A stretch of DNA of 64,000 bases, from the IMG/VR virus record IMGVR_UViG_3300044675_005052, one strand, 5' to 3'. Of the stretch, positions 21,422 through 32,982 are shown in pieces. Positions within the stretch are counted from its first letter, which is position 1. Each line of letters starts with the position of its first letter. This DNA comes from a virus. Taxonomy: Duplodnaviria; Caudoviricetes. The notes beneath the pieces are model-generated. The model worked only from the letters and a program-made list of their open reading frames with translations. It was not told the origin of the DNA and did not search any database. The translations under genes were made by a program, and so were the position numbers.

Positions 21422-23290
21422 ATGGGAAATAGAATTGATACTAGAGTAATTTTAGGTTCTTTACGATATAAATCGGCACCAGACACCAATCTGATGTTCA
21501 ATGTTCCTTTAGTTCAAACCGCTCAAATAAATGTTGAATTTGATAGGAATATTGATGTTAGTTTGGAACAAGTGTTTGATGATGAAAGACAAAAATCTGA
21601 TATATTTAGACCTACCTGTAAATTTTCATTATTATTTAATAATTCATATACAGGTAGTACGGATTACATACCATTTGAAAATAATCTGTATTATGTTAAT
21701 GAAGCTCAAGCGGCGGCGAATAATTGTACCCCAACTGGTATAAATCCAAGTGTTATTTGGTCAGGATTTCCACAATATAATGAATTTGATTTTATTAGAA
21801 CTGATTACAATGTTCCGGGTTATACTCAACCACCATATAATCATTTGACTTTTGTAAGCAAAAGTGCTTCAACATATAATTGGACGCATTATGTTAGTTA
21901 TCCATTTGAAAATGATTATCAAAAACAATTAAATGCTATTATTAAAATACCATCAATTTCAAACGCAGTTACATTAGATTGGGTCGCTTCAGACGGGATT
22001 CCTTTTGTGGTTGAAAATGATGATACAACTGTATATAACGGAAGAGGGATTATTAAATGTATATGTCCGATGAAACATGGATTAACACCGGGAGAGTTTG
22101 TTAAATTAAATTTTAACTACAATGGGGTTGATACTTTTGAAGTATATAGTTTAGGTGATGGGAAATACGAAAGTGACTTATATATTTTTAACATTTTTAA
22201 TGTTGGGTTTACAGGAACAACATTTACTACCGGAACAGAAGGGACTTTTAAACGAATTATAAATAGTGATAACCCAAGTGATACTATCTCAACATATTAT
22301 GTTAGAAGACATAAAATTTTAACAAACCCTGATAATGCGATTTTAGTAAATGCGGGATTTGACCAAAATATTTTTGGTGTTAAGAAAAAATATGAAAGTA
22401 GTGGTTTTACACCTAACAGAATTGCTAGAGTTTCTATAAAGGAAGGTTCTCAATCTTACACATTATCATTTGATAAGGATATTAGAATTAATGATTTAAT
22501 TGATAATCAAAAAAGACCATTAACTGAATTGTTTTTTACAACAATTTGGAAAGGTTATTTTGGTTATACGTTTGGTAGGTTAATTGGGCCGGGATTGGGT
22601 TATCAGGGTATGAAATTTGGTTATGATTTTAATTTACCTTTAAATCCCCAAACTAAATTACCCTCATATTGGTGGAGTGAAATAAATAATTTGTCGGACA
22701 CAAATATCCCAATAGATACCTATGTGAATACAACGTTAGGTCCACCACCAAGCAACGCACCGTTGGGAATATATAATGGAGTACCAATAGTTTTCACATA
22801 TAATAGGTCTTTAAAGGAAGGTGATACGTTAGATGGTGATTATTGTGAGTGGAATAATTTTGAACAAACAGAAAGAGTTATATCTAATTTATATCATAAG
22901 ATAACGTATAACGCAAAAGTATTTAATATTGGAAGACCAACTAGTTCAACAGGTTATCGTATGTCTTTGGACAATCCTTACGGGTATTATTATCAACCAC
23001 ATAATAGTTTAACTATTAGACAATTCTCAGATTACATTGAGGAGGGAGATAAGAAAAATGTGGTGGATGTTCCTAATTATGCGTATTACTCTCCAAGTAA
23101 AGATACTTTTTTATGGAAGGATTTATATAGTTACGGATTTATTGACTCTAATAATATTGGGGTTAATTATCCATTTTTAAATGGGTCTCATTACCCTTAT
23201 ACAAATATTATTTTTAGAATAATACCTGAAGGTACTAATTATAATGAACAGATAATAACTGCAGAACCAATAATAGACGATTGTGAGTAA
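21422..23290 (+). CDS. Putative structural protein, 622 aa
   Basis: Tightly packed in the tail operon; aromatic/Asn-rich composition. Confidence 0.6.
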   Translation: MGNRIDTRVILGSLRYKSAPDTNLMFNVPLVQTAQINVEFDRNIDVSLEQVFDDERQKSDIFRPTCKFSLLFNNSYTGSTDYIPFENNLYYVNEAQAAANNCTPTGINPSVIWSGFPQYNEFDFIRTDYNVPGYTQPPYNHLTFVSKSASTYNWTHYVSYPFENDYQKQLNAIIKIPSISNAVTLDWVASDGIPFVVENDDTTVYNGRGIIKCICPMKHGLTPGEFVKLNFNYNGVDTFEVYSLGDGKYESDLYIFNIFNVGFTGTTFTTGTEGTFKRIINSDNPSDTISTYYVRRHKILTNPDNAILVNAGFDQNIFGVKKKYESSGFTPNRIARVSIKEGSQSYTLSFDKDIRINDLIDNQKRPLTELFFTTIWKGYFGYTFGRLIGPGLGYQGMKFGYDFNLPLNPQTKLPSYWWSEINNLSDTNIPIDTYVNTTLGPPPSNAPLGIYNGVPIVFTYNRSLKEGDTLDGDYCEWNNFEQTERVISNLYHKITYNAKVFNIGRPTSSTGYRMSLDNPYGYYYQPHNSLTIRQFSDYIEEGDKKNVVDVPNYAYYSPSKDTFLWKDLYSYGFIDSNNIGVNYPFLNGSHYPYTNIIFRIIPEGTNYNEQIITAEPIIDDCE

Positions 23291-24083
23291 TAAATTTAGA
23301 TTTGTAATCCCAAATGATGAACAGTACATTCTTTTACCGATTGAACTGAAGTGGGATATGTATGGACAAGAAGATAGTATTGAACTTTATGAGGAAGATG
23401 TTATCAAGGATATCATTGGTGTTGCTGAAGATTTTGAGTTATTGAGATTTTCACATAAACCATATGATAATGATACAAAAACAGATGTTAAGTATGATTT
23501 TCATTTCTATAGTGGTAATGTTAATAATGTTACGACCGCAACAAGTAATGATTGGGTGACTAGTTATTTACCTGAAGGATTTGATAAGAGTGAAATATAT
23601 TATTATGAAAAACCTTTTACCAAATCATTCTTTAAATTGGATTTTTATGATACAATGGATGGTAAATCCCAAACTAATTATTTCACAATAATTATCCCCG
23701 TTCAACAGGGGTTTACGGAATTGGTTACATTATCTCCTTACATTCCGGATGTTTTAATTAAACGTCCATCCTACAAATTAGATTTTGTTGGTGATAAGGA
23801 AGGGTTTTTCATTTATTGGTTAAAAAATATTAAGTTTTATGATTTAACTACTTTTTATATGAGTGCTAAATTTTTTGATGGTAAATTAGGTGTGTTTGTT
23901 AAAATGATGAAAGTACCTCAAATTCCTCCAACAATACCAAGTGCTTTTCAATTTGAGTCGAAGTATTTTTATTATAAAGTTAATTTAAATTATGTTAACA
24001 AAACCTATGAAATCTTGGATGATTCAGGTAATAGGGCAGGAACGACTAGTTCCATAAAATGGTATGAATATATTAATCCATAA
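23283..24083 (+). CDS. Putative structural protein, 266 aa
   Basis: Overlapping start/stop within the tail operon. Confidence 0.6.
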   Translation: MSNKFRFVIPNDEQYILLPIELKWDMYGQEDSIELYEEDVIKDIIGVAEDFELLRFSHKPYDNDTKTDVKYDFHFYSGNVNNVTTATSNDWVTSYLPEGFDKSEIYYYEKPFTKSFFKLDFYDTMDGKSQTNYFTIIIPVQQGFTELVTLSPYIPDVLIKRPSYKLDFVGDKEGFFIYWLKNIKFYDLTTFYMSAKFFDGKLGVFVKMMKVPQIPPTIPSAFQFESKYFYYKVNLNYVNKTYEILDDSGNRAGTTSSIKWYEYINP

Positions 24084-25309
24084 TGAGTGCAAACACCTAT
24101 CGTATAAGAATATCACCTGAAGTTATAAACGGGGATATTTTTAAAATTAATTATATCGGTGACCCATATCTTGAAGAACAAAAAATTCCTTTTTGTTGTG
24201 ACATATATACTAGAGAAGTGACCAAATATATTGATGGGTCTGCTTATGTATATTCATCAATGACTCAAATATTAACAGGTGCTACGGGAACAACAGCGAC
24301 TTCTAATATTTCAAAAGCAACACTCAAACGAGGCACATCATTATTAACCGGAATGACTATTCCAATATTAATAACTGAAAATACCGTGGACGTTGGGTAT
24401 TATTCTGTATTTGATGGTATGATTATCCAACAAGAAGTTATGACTAACTTTTTATTTTCGGCCAATACTTTATCAGCATATACTTACAATTTTTATAATA
24501 CTTCTGATGTTGAGTTTAAAAAATATTTAGAATTTTCGTCTTATGAAATAGATTGGGGTGATGGTACACCAAAACAAACAGTTACAAATGTCAGTCCTAA
24601 TTTTTATTCACATCCATACTCACAATCCGGTGAATTTACGATTAGTATGTCAGGTATGAGTCCGTGGGGTTCTAATGTAGTGAAGAAAACGGTCACAGTA
24701 CCATTTACTAACGCAACTATATTAGACCCAAAAGGTACAACTTGTTTTACTCCTATGGGCGGTAGTTGGTCGGCAACACCAATTTGTTATGACTTTATTT
24801 ATAGTGGTGATGCGAGTTGTGAAACTTATCAAAGTGGTGTTAATCCTTATTTAACCGTACCATTAGTTGTTAGTGGATACACTCAATCAACGGTATCAGA
24901 TTTAAGGGTTTATGGTAAAAAACAAGATTTAGATGACGGGTATTATAAGGTTGGTGTTCAGATAACAGGTACTACAGGTGTTGTCGGGACATATTGGGGT
25001 GGAAGTGCAAACGGTAATCAATTATACACCGGGTATACAATAAATGGTGTTGATTACTATGATTTTAGTGATGGTACAACCGTCTTTGTAGTTAGTGGTG
25101 TAACACAAATAGATACGGTATGTGAACCAATTGTAAAAAATGAAGCATTATTAAATGTAATTGATGAGCCAGAAGTTCAATCCAATGTATTTATAGAGAG
25201 AGGAAAAGTTTCCGGATTTGAATCAATGGAAAGATTGGGAGAAGTGGATAATTTAGGTGACCTTGAAAAATATGGTTATAAATATTTCAACATAATAAAA
25301 ATAGATTAA
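24083..25309 (+). CDS. Putative structural protein with PKD-like domain
   Basis: IDWGDGT...HPYSQSGEFTISM is a PKD signature. Confidence 0.65.
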   Translation: MSANTYRIRISPEVINGDIFKINYIGDPYLEEQKIPFCCDIYTREVTKYIDGSAYVYSSMTQILTGATGTTATSNISKATLKRGTSLLTGMTIPILITENTVDVGYYSVFDGMIIQQEVMTNFLFSANTLSAYTYNFYNTSDVEFKKYLEFSSYEIDWGDGTPKQTVTNVSPNFYSHPYSQSGEFTISMSGMSPWGSNVVKKTVTVPFTNATILDPKGTTCFTPMGGSWSATPICYDFIYSGDASCETYQSGVNPYLTVPLVVSGYTQSTVSDLRVYGKKQDLDDGYYKVGVQITGTTGVVGTYWGGSANGNQLYTGYTINGVDYYDFSDGTTVFVVSGVTQIDTVCEPIVKNEALLNVIDEPEVQSNVFIERGKVSGFESMERLGEVDNLGDLEKYGYKYFNIIKID

Positions 25310-25318
25310 AATAATAAT

Positions 25319-26236
25319 ATGGCAACAGGAACATATGGAACGATAAGACCGGCAGATGTATCACCGGAGGATGTAGACATCATTCTTAATTATACACCAT
25401 CAAGAGATGAAACAGATAATTTTGTATTAACAAAGTTAGATGCGGTATCTATATTGAGACCTTATTTTAATAATTCACAGACAAATCCTTCAAGTCCTAA
25501 CCCTAATGTTGAAATATTAGGTGGATTGTACAATTTAAGATTGCCAGCGGAACAATTTAACCAATTAGGTATCTATACCTTATACATAAGACCTGCGGAG
25601 ATTAGAACGAGTATATTAGATTGTGGTGTGTTATCATCATTACCTAACGTAAAAGGACTTGTTATTGATTTGAATGATGTTCCAAGTCAATTTAGAAATA
25701 AATTTGTGAATCAAGGTTTGGTTGGTTTTAGAATTGAGTATTTAAACTCTGATGGGACAAAAATACCTAATTTCTTTAGAATTGTAACATCATCATTCTT
25801 TTGTGAACCGGTTGTTCAAAATTTAACAAATACGTCACAAAAAGCAATTAGATATAGATATACTGATAACAATACAAATCTAATCTTTTGTACGGTTTCT
25901 CCGTCGTCATCTCCGACAAACAAACCAAATGCTACACCATATATTGGGCAGCCAAATCAAACTATAATAATGTCGAATACCTTCTTTAATCCTATAACAC
26001 TTGATATAGAGATTGCGGACCAAGATTTCTCAACATTGGCGATTGCTCTTTATGGTAATCAAACTAAATCTATGGATGATGGTATTTACACTATTTACGA
26101 CGCAAATAACAACATTTACCAACAATATAACTTATACGAAATTAGAGACCAATTTAATACGTTATTATACGAAGTTAGACAAAATAGAGGTGATAATATT
26201 GATTTTAGTAAAAACTTTACAAACATAACTGAATAA
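25319..26236 (+). CDS. Putative structural protein, 305 aa
   Basis: Tail operon context, coupled to the next ORF. Confidence 0.6.
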   Translation: MATGTYGTIRPADVSPEDVDIILNYTPSRDETDNFVLTKLDAVSILRPYFNNSQTNPSSPNPNVEILGGLYNLRLPAEQFNQLGIYTLYIRPAEIRTSILDCGVLSSLPNVKGLVIDLNDVPSQFRNKFVNQGLVGFRIEYLNSDGTKIPNFFRIVTSSFFCEPVVQNLTNTSQKAIRYRYTDNNTNLIFCTVSPSSSPTNKPNATPYIGQPNQTIIMSNTFFNPITLDIEIADQDFSTLAIALYGNQTKSMDDGIYTIYDANNNIYQQYNLYEIRDQFNTLLYEVRQNRGDNIDFSKNFTNITE

Positions 26237-29200
26237 TGGCATTACAAAAATTTACATGTCCTCCACAAGGTCCATCCGGTGCAAGTTCATTCTCTGATGA
26301 TTTAGTTGGTTTCCAACTAGTTACGGGGGGTGGTTTGACACAGGGTAATTTTGAATTTGCGACTTCTTTTAATGAAAAAACAAATAGAACTTTTAACACC
26401 GGAACATTTTCTGACCCAATTAGTTTAGAAGGGTTAGGTTTAGAAAGTACTCTTCAGTCAAGAACCATATTTGAAAATAACTTTAAAGTTTACCCAAATT
26501 TTGATTTAAGTCAAATTACTAATTTTACTCAATACGGGTCTTTAGTAAAAAGATTATCCACAGCTGTTGAAACAATTATTGCAAAATTTCCTGCGGCACT
26601 TGAAGCGACTCTTATGGGTGAGAACTATATTAAAGGTGAAACTGCAACAAATATAACTTATAATGAGATTGATAATATCACTAGTTTTGATTTAGATATT
26701 GCTCGTTTAAGGAATCCATTTGCAATTGATTTTACCATTAACTCAACTAGAAACTTGGAATTAAAAGAAATTCAGGTATCTTCACTTAGAGATATGACGG
26801 TTCAATATGCTAATTATAGTTTATATTATAATGGTAATGGATATAATGTTACGGCAATTATTCCAACAACCTCAATGACATCGGGGACTTTAAACATAAG
26901 TGTTAGTGGTCACCCATTTCCATTTCAAACAGTTACTTTTGATGATTTAGTTATTAGACCAAATGATTATGAGGTTAATAGAATTTTCAATGAACATTTA
27001 GATGAGGTTGAAAATTTTCTTTTAAATAGAAATGTTACACCAAAATATACAGCAAGTTTTAATGTACCAAGAGACGCTGAAGATGGGACATATTTTTCTT
27101 CACAGGAATTTATAACATTCCCATTAAATGGTTCTTGGAATTTAGATATAGTTACAAATGCGTTCACTAATTATTTAGTTCAATTAAATGATATTGGTGT
27201 AACAATGGATGAGTATAAGACCAATATTGTTGCAAGATTTTTAACTACCGGTGCGTTCCAAGAGTTTGACACAATAGGTCAAAAAATGGAAAAGGTATTA
27301 CAAATCTACGGTAGAAGTTTTGACGAAACAAATAAATTCATAAGTGCGTTAGCGTTTATGAATTCAGTTCATTATAACCCTGGTGATGATATTCCATCTC
27401 AATTACTTAAAAACTTAGCACAAACATTAGGGTGGCAAACAAATATGTCTCCTGTTTCTACTGATGACTTTTTAAGTTCAGTTTTTGGTCAAACAAATAC
27501 TGATAGGTCTCAATATCCGGGTATTTCAGACGCAACTACTCCGGATGAGTTAAATTATCAATATTATAGAAATTTAATATTGAACTCGGCTTACTTGTTT
27601 AAATCAAAAGGTACAAGAAAATCAATTGAAACGTTAATGGCTTTAATTGGTGCTCCTGATGCTTTAGTTGAATTTAACGAATACATTTATTTGGCTGACC
27701 AAAGAATTAATGTTAATCAATTCAACACACAGTTTGCTCAAATATCGGGTGGTACATATACTCAAGAACTACCAACACTTGAGGCGGGTAATACATACAG
27801 ATTAAGAAATATTGAATACACTGGTTTCACAACAACCACAGTAATCCAAGATGTTAATATAACTAAAGACGAGTATCCGATGGATGATTTAGGATTTCCT
27901 AAAGCACCGCCAAATACTGAAGATTTTTTCTTTGAAAAAGGTAGTGGATGGTTTGAACAAACACCAAAACATAGAGCCCCTGAAGAAGTAAGTTTTACTA
28001 ATAGTGTATTTACAGGTGCCAACCCTAATTATCAAACAGTTCTAACACCATATAGTTATGGTCAAGAATATTTCAATAGGTTTAGAGATTTTCCTTTTAT
28101 GACTTTAGGGTACAATCTAACTCAAACTATTGATAATAATAAAAGTTGGGTTGATACCGAAGTTGGACTACGTTCAAATTTAGAAGGTGGATACAATGCA
28201 AGATATTTTACAACAAATGATGCGTTAGTTCTTAACGCTAAAAATACCGATTTATTTTTGAATCCGGCTCAAGGTCTTTCATATGATGTATGGGTTATGT
28301 CAAGGGAATATAATTTTCCAATACCAAATGAAGGTTTAAATTATGTTCAACCAACATATTGTGACCCAAATCCTGTGTCGAATTATCCGATGAGGGGTGG
28401 AGTGGATTGGACGGAAATAAATCCACAACCAAAACGTAAGACATTCTTTGAGTTCGCCCAAACATTTTGGAAAAACATGATTAATGTTAGAAATAGACAA
28501 TTCTCTACTGATGGTAAAACAATGGGGTATCCAACCCTTCAGTCAATTTATTGGAAATATTTAGACGCTCAGAATTTAGCTGGGGTACCGGATGGTAGTT
28601 TTAATTATACTAACATGATTGAGTATGTAGATGGAATGGGTGATTATTGGGTAAGATTAGTTGAACAAATGGTTCCAGCAAGTACAATATGGAATACGGG
28701 TGTTAAATACGAAAATTCTATATTTCATAGACAAAAATTTGTTTGGAGAAGACAAGAGGGTTGTCAATTAATACCTGTACCTTGTAACCCATGTTCAATG
28801 ACTAGCAACCTGTATACCTATGATTGTTATGTCCAATCGGTACAATGTTCAATCTATCCGTGGCAAACTAATCCTCTATTGACAGAATTTAGTGCGGTGT
28901 TAGGATATCTGTTAACTAATTATTTGGAGCCACAAGGTTATGAGTTAGATGATTGTAAACTGAATACTTTAAAAAGTACTTGGTATGTGGTGTTAAGTTT
29001 AGATGATGTTGTGGTTGTCCAATATCAATTCTTTACGGGTATAGGATATACAAACACTGGTTTGAGTTCACCAACAACAGCTCAATGGGATGCTGCGTTA
29101 ATACCTGCTTTAAATGGTTTAGATTTGTATGGTTTTGAGTATATTTTAAATGATACCGATGTGGTTATTTATAGTTCAATTTGTTCGGTAAATGATTCGG

Positions 29201-29253
29201 GAATCAATTTTAAATTGAATGTTGGAATAAATTTTGAAATTTTATGTAATTAA
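26236..29253 (+). CDS. Baseplate wedge protein, gp7 / P2 gpI-like
   Basis: [11 protein letters not shown] and [20 protein letters not shown] match the P2-I/gp7 KGT...I..L..L.G motif. Confidence 0.7.
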   Translation: MALQKFTCPPQGPSGASSFSDDLVGFQLVTGGGLTQGNFEFATSFNEKTNRTFNTGTFSDPISLEGLGLESTLQSRTIFENNFKVYPNFDLSQITNFTQYGSLVKRLSTAVETIIAKFPAALEATLMGENYIKGETATNITYNEIDNITSFDLDIARLRNPFAIDFTINSTRNLELKEIQVSSLRDMTVQYANYSLYYNGNGYNVTAIIPTTSMTSGTLNISVSGHPFPFQTVTFDDLVIRPNDYEVNRIFNEHLDEVENFLLNRNVTPKYTASFNVPRDAEDGTYFSSQEFITFPLNGSWNLDIVTNAFTNYLVQLNDIGVTMDEYKTNIVARFLTTGAFQEFDTIGQKMEKVLQIYGRSFDETNKFISALAFMNSVHYNPGDDIPSQLLKNLAQTLGWQTNMSPVSTDDFLSSVFGQTNTDRSQYPGISDATTPDELNYQYYRNLILNSAYLFKSKGTRKSIETLMALIGAPDALVEFNEYIYLADQRINVNQFNTQFAQISGGTYTQELPTLEAGNTYRLRNIEYTGFTTTTVIQDVNITKDEYPMDDLGFPKAPPNTEDFFFEKGSGWFEQTPKHRAPEEVSFTNSVFTGANPNYQTVLTPYSYGQEYFNRFRDFPFMTLGYNLTQTIDNNKSWVDTEVGLRSNLEGGYNARYFTTNDALVLNAKNTDLFLNPAQGLSYDVWVMSREYNFPIPNEGLNYVQPTYCDPNPVSNYPMRGGVDWTEINPQPKRKTFFEFAQTFWKNMINVRNRQFSTDGKTMGYPTLQSIYWKYLDAQNLAGVPDGSFNYTNMIEYVDGMGDYWVRLVEQMVPASTIWNTGVKYENSIFHRQKFVWRRQEGCQLIPVPCNPCSMTSNLYTYDCYVQSVQCSIYPWQTNPLLTEFSAVLGYLLTNYLEPQGYELDDCKLNTLKSTWYVVLSLDDVVVVQYQFFTGIGYTNTGLSSPTTAQWDAALIPALNGLDLYGFEYILNDTDVVIYSSICSVNDSGINFKLNVGINFEILCN

Positions 29254-32200
29254 TGGCTTGTAGTTTATCATATGTATTAACGAGTTTATCGGGAGATTGT
29301 ACTAATTCTAATTTAGGTGGTTTTAGTATTGATATAACTGGAACCGCACCGGATTATAGTATTCAGTGGGTTAATCCTGCTTTAGGGACTATTGTATTAG
29401 GTGTCGGAGTTACAGGTTATACCGCGACTACATTGTCCGCGGGAACATATTCATTTAACATTCTTGATTCATGTTCACCCACTATGAGTTCATTGCCGGT
29501 GAATATTAACATATCTAGTGGTACATGTGCAAGTATTGTTGGAATATCTAACACGACGTGTAATGACAATAATGGGTCAATAACAGGACAAACGTCTAAT
29601 CTTTATGGTATAAGTACGTTTAGTTTGTATAATACCTTAACAGGTTTTATTACTTCAGGCGCATCATTTACCAATAATTATATTTTTAATAATTTATCTC
29701 CGGGTATATACTATGTTAATGCTGACGATGGTGGTGGATGTAGTGGTCAGAGTGAAACAACTATTATTCAACCTTCGACAAATATTACGTGGGGATTTTA
29801 TACTGTAATGGATTCCGGATGTGCTAATGTTGATTCGGGGAAAATATATGTAACAGGTCTTACCGGAACACCACCATTTACTTATTTATGGTCTAATGGA
29901 GGGACAGACGATTTTATTACAGGATTGACTGCGGGTAGTTATTCTGTTCTTATTACTGATAGTTTAGGGTGTACCCTATCTCAAACAGCAACAGTTACTG
30001 AAGTTGAACCATTAGGTTTTGGGTCGTTTACCGCCATACCACCAACATGTTTTAATAATGATGGTCAAGTGACTCTTGTAATTACAGGAGGGACTGGACC
30101 ATATTATTATTCAGCATCGACAGGTGTTATAGAGGTTTCTTTTAGTTCATCTCAAACATTTTATAATATTGGTGGTGGACCATTTGCTGTTGAAGTTACT
30201 GACGCAGCTTTATGTAAAATAACTCCAACAACAACAATTATTCCACCAAACGGGTTTAATATCGTAAGTGTAACGACAACTAATTCAAATTGTGGTAATA
30301 GTGATGGTAAAATAGATATTCAGGTAAGTGGTGGTGCAGTTCCTTTTACTTATACTTTAACAGATTCTTTAGGTAATAGTATTATTGAACCTACTGATTT
30401 TAGAAGTTGGATTTTTTCTAATTTAGCGACGGGGACATATACTTTAACTATTTCTGATAATGGAGGTTGTACTTATGTTAGTCCACCTATCACCATAAAT
30501 AATATTCCTTTATTTACGTTTACTGCAGATACTACAGATACAATATGTAATTTAAATAATGGTTATGTAATGATTACAGTATCAGGTGGTACACCGCCTT
30601 ACACATATACTGTTGGGGGTGAATTTTCTTATGACTCTATCCAAACACCATTAAGTGCATATACTTTTATTGATTTATATTCCGGAGATTATTCGTTAGA
30701 AATAACAGAATCAACTCCTGGTATTATTTGTAAACAAACAAGTAGTTTTATGATTAACCCATCAAACAACGTTGATTTTATGTTATCAGGTACTGATGCT
30801 AACAATGGTAATGATGGTACAGTTTCAGCATATATTACAAGTGGAACACCTCCATTCACATTATTATGGAGTAATAACGTAAATGGTCAAACAGGGTATT
30901 ATTTAAGTAATTTAAGTGCCGGAACATACAGTTTACAAATCACGGATAGTGAAGCGTGTGTTAAAATTAGAGAGGTAACAATAGATGGGTTTGACTCTAT
31001 CTCATCATTTCAAACATTTAATATTTGTGATAGTGAATTTGAAAACATTGGGGAATTAGTTAAAAAAGGTCCTAAAGAAATGTTGAATGAAGGTTATTAT
31101 GATTTAACATCAGGATATACAAATTGTTTACTTAATCAAGCAATTTTTAATATAGTTGCAACTATTGGTGATGTAACAGAAACTTCAGAGTTTTATACAA
31201 GTTATGCTTTAAATGATTTTCCAACAGATAATGAATATTTTGACGCTTTAGTCGCGTTATTAGAAACTTTTGACCAAGTCGCTCAAGTTAACATTGACCC
31301 ATTAAACAACGGAATTCAAATAATTGCTAAATGTCAAGAACAATATTTAGTGACAACTGATGTTACTGTTGATATGTTTATTGAATATAATATTTCATGT
31401 CAATATTGTAGTTTACCGCCAACACAAACTCCAACACAAACTCCAACACAAACTCCAACACCAACTCAAACATTAACTCAAACTCCAACACCAACTCAAA
31501 CTCTTACATCAACTGCTGGATTAACACCAACTCCGACTCCTACTCAAACATTAACACAAACATTAACACCAACACCAACTCAAACACCAACATTAACGCC
31601 AACTCAAACTCAAACATTAACACCAACTCAAACACCTACATCAACTATGACACCAACTCCTAGTTCAAAACAATTATGGTATTTATATACATCATGTGAA
31701 GTTGATGTTAATACTGAGGGACCGGCCTACTTAATTTTACAACCTATATTAGTAAATCCTTTATTAGGTGTTGGTGACGGATTTACTTTTACTGATGAAA
31801 ATGGTAAGGTAACGTGTTGGATATTAAGAGAAATTTATAATGGACAACCAACAAACTTACCACCACAATTTAATGTTCAAATTTGGAACACTAATTATTT
31901 TACAACAATTGGTAATGGTATTTACGATTCACAAAATGGTGCTGTTGATGCTTGTGGATTATGCGAGAAAGATATTGAATTAATTTTAGAACCAACAAAT
32001 AATTTCCTTATTAGTGTTACAAAAGATGATTCGCAAATCATAGATGTACAACCACCGTTCTACCTATATGATAATACATATAATTTCCCTGTAGGGGTCT
32101 TAAATCCTATGTATGGTACACATAACGGTATTAACAATGAAACTATATTTATTACGATTCAATCAATTAATGAATCAAATACAAATATTTGTATTTCATT

Positions 32201-32342
32201 AATCGTTAATGGTTCTGTAGCAGCGTCACAAATAGGGACATTCTCAAGTGGGGTTTTATTTATAGATGTTTCATTTACGGGTGTAACAATTTTACCAACA
32301 GATACTTTAGAAATTTTTGTGACTGCAGGTGATTGTCAATAA
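29253..32342 (+). CDS. Fibre/decoration protein with SprB-type repeats and a Thr-Pro linker
   Basis: Repeated C..G.I..GG..PY.Y.WSNG...L.AG.YSV.ITD..GC units; (TPTQ)n at 31416-31661. Confidence 0.7.
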   Translation: MACSLSYVLTSLSGDCTNSNLGGFSIDITGTAPDYSIQWVNPALGTIVLGVGVTGYTATTLSAGTYSFNILDSCSPTMSSLPVNINISSGTCASIVGISNTTCNDNNGSITGQTSNLYGISTFSLYNTLTGFITSGASFTNNYIFNNLSPGIYYVNADDGGGCSGQSETTIIQPSTNITWGFYTVMDSGCANVDSGKIYVTGLTGTPPFTYLWSNGGTDDFITGLTAGSYSVLITDSLGCTLSQTATVTEVEPLGFGSFTAIPPTCFNNDGQVTLVITGGTGPYYYSASTGVIEVSFSSSQTFYNIGGGPFAVEVTDAALCKITPTTTIIPPNGFNIVSVTTTNSNCGNSDGKIDIQVSGGAVPFTYTLTDSLGNSIIEPTDFRSWIFSNLATGTYTLTISDNGGCTYVSPPITINNIPLFTFTADTTDTICNLNNGYVMITVSGGTPPYTYTVGGEFSYDSIQTPLSAYTFIDLYSGDYSLEITESTPGIICKQTSSFMINPSNNVDFMLSGTDANNGNDGTVSAYITSGTPPFTLLWSNNVNGQTGYYLSNLSAGTYSLQITDSEACVKIREVTIDGFDSISSFQTFNICDSEFENIGELVKKGPKEMLNEGYYDLTSGYTNCLLNQAIFNIVATIGDVTETSEFYTSYALNDFPTDNEYFDALVALLETFDQVAQVNIDPLNNGIQIIAKCQEQYLVTTDVTVDMFIEYNISCQYCSLPPTQTPTQTPTQTPTPTQTLTQTPTPTQTLTSTAGLTPTPTPTQTLTQTLTPTPTQTPTLTPTQTQTLTPTQTPTSTMTPTPSSKQLWYLYTSCEVDVNTEGPAYLILQPILVNPLLGVGDGFTFTDENGKVTCWILREIYNGQPTNLPPQFNVQIWNTNYFTTIGNGIYDSQNGAVDACGLCEKDIELILEPTNNFLISVTKDDSQIIDVQPPFYLYDNTYNFPVGVLNPMYGTHNGINNETIFITIQSINESNTNICISLIVNGSVAASQIGTFSSGVLFIDVSFTGVTILPTDTLEIFVTAGDCQ
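31416..31661 (+). repeat. Coding low-complexity Thr-Pro-Gln tandem repeat
   Basis: ccaacacaaact 12-bp units and variants. Confidence 0.9.
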
Positions 32343-32378
32343 TAAAAAACCCCCTCGTTAAAAGGGGGTTATTTTTTT
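32343..32378. terminator. Bidirectional terminator between convergent operons
   Basis: A run, AACCCCCT-CGTTAAA-AGGGGGTT, T run. Confidence 0.9.
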
Positions 32379-32976
32379 ACCATATTTTTTCTTGTTTCAT
32401 ATGACCTATAACACAACAGTAAGCGTCTGTTTGGTCAAAATTTTCTTTTTTCAGAGTATTGTTTCTTGTGTATAACCAAGTGATTTGAGGTTCTCTTTTG
32501 GCAATTAAATCCCATATAATCATTTTCTTGTCAATGTCTTTAGGAAGTCCTCCGAATAGTACGTATTTACCTTTATCGTTTAATTGAGTTAATTCCGGAA
32601 AGGCAAACTTACGAGAATTGTATGTTGATATAAAGTTAGGTACAACACCTAATACGTCATATATTTCTTTTGTGACTAAAGTATTGAATCTTAATAAAGT
32701 TTGAACAGTGTAAACATTATTTGAGTTTAATAAAGGTTCTTCAATAATCACTTTAGTAATCCCCATATCTTTATATTCTAAAAGTTTAGTTCTAAAGATT
32801 TGACCCTTTAAAAGTAATTCTTTTATTTTATTTTCTTCTTTCGGTTTTGGTATGGGTGATATATGAGTTAATTCAAGTAGTTGTTGACTTTGTATATCAA
32901 ATAACGCCCAACCAATTGTTTTTGTACTCACATCTAATCCTAAAACTTTAGGACTTTCTTTAAGTGTTTTTTTCAT
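32377..32976 (-). CDS. RuvC-like Holliday junction resolvase
   Basis: VLGLDVSTKTIGWA, VIIEEP, DQTDAYC acidic catalytic pattern. Confidence 0.8.
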   Translation of the reverse strand: MKKTLKESPKVLGLDVSTKTIGWALFDIQSQQLLELTHISPIPKPKEENKIKELLLKGQIFRTKLLEYKDMGITKVIIEEPLLNSNNVYTVQTLLRFNTLVTKEIYDVLGVVPNFISTYNSRKFAFPELTQLNDKGKYVLFGGLPKDIDKKMIIWDLIAKREPQITWLYTRNNTLKKENFDQTDAYCCVIGHMKQEKIW

Positions 32977-32982
32977 AATTTA

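Noticed and set aside
31416-31661. 12-bp tandem repeats as a CRISPR array or VNTR element
   Set aside because: No unique spacers; they are in-frame Thr-Pro-Gln coding repeats.
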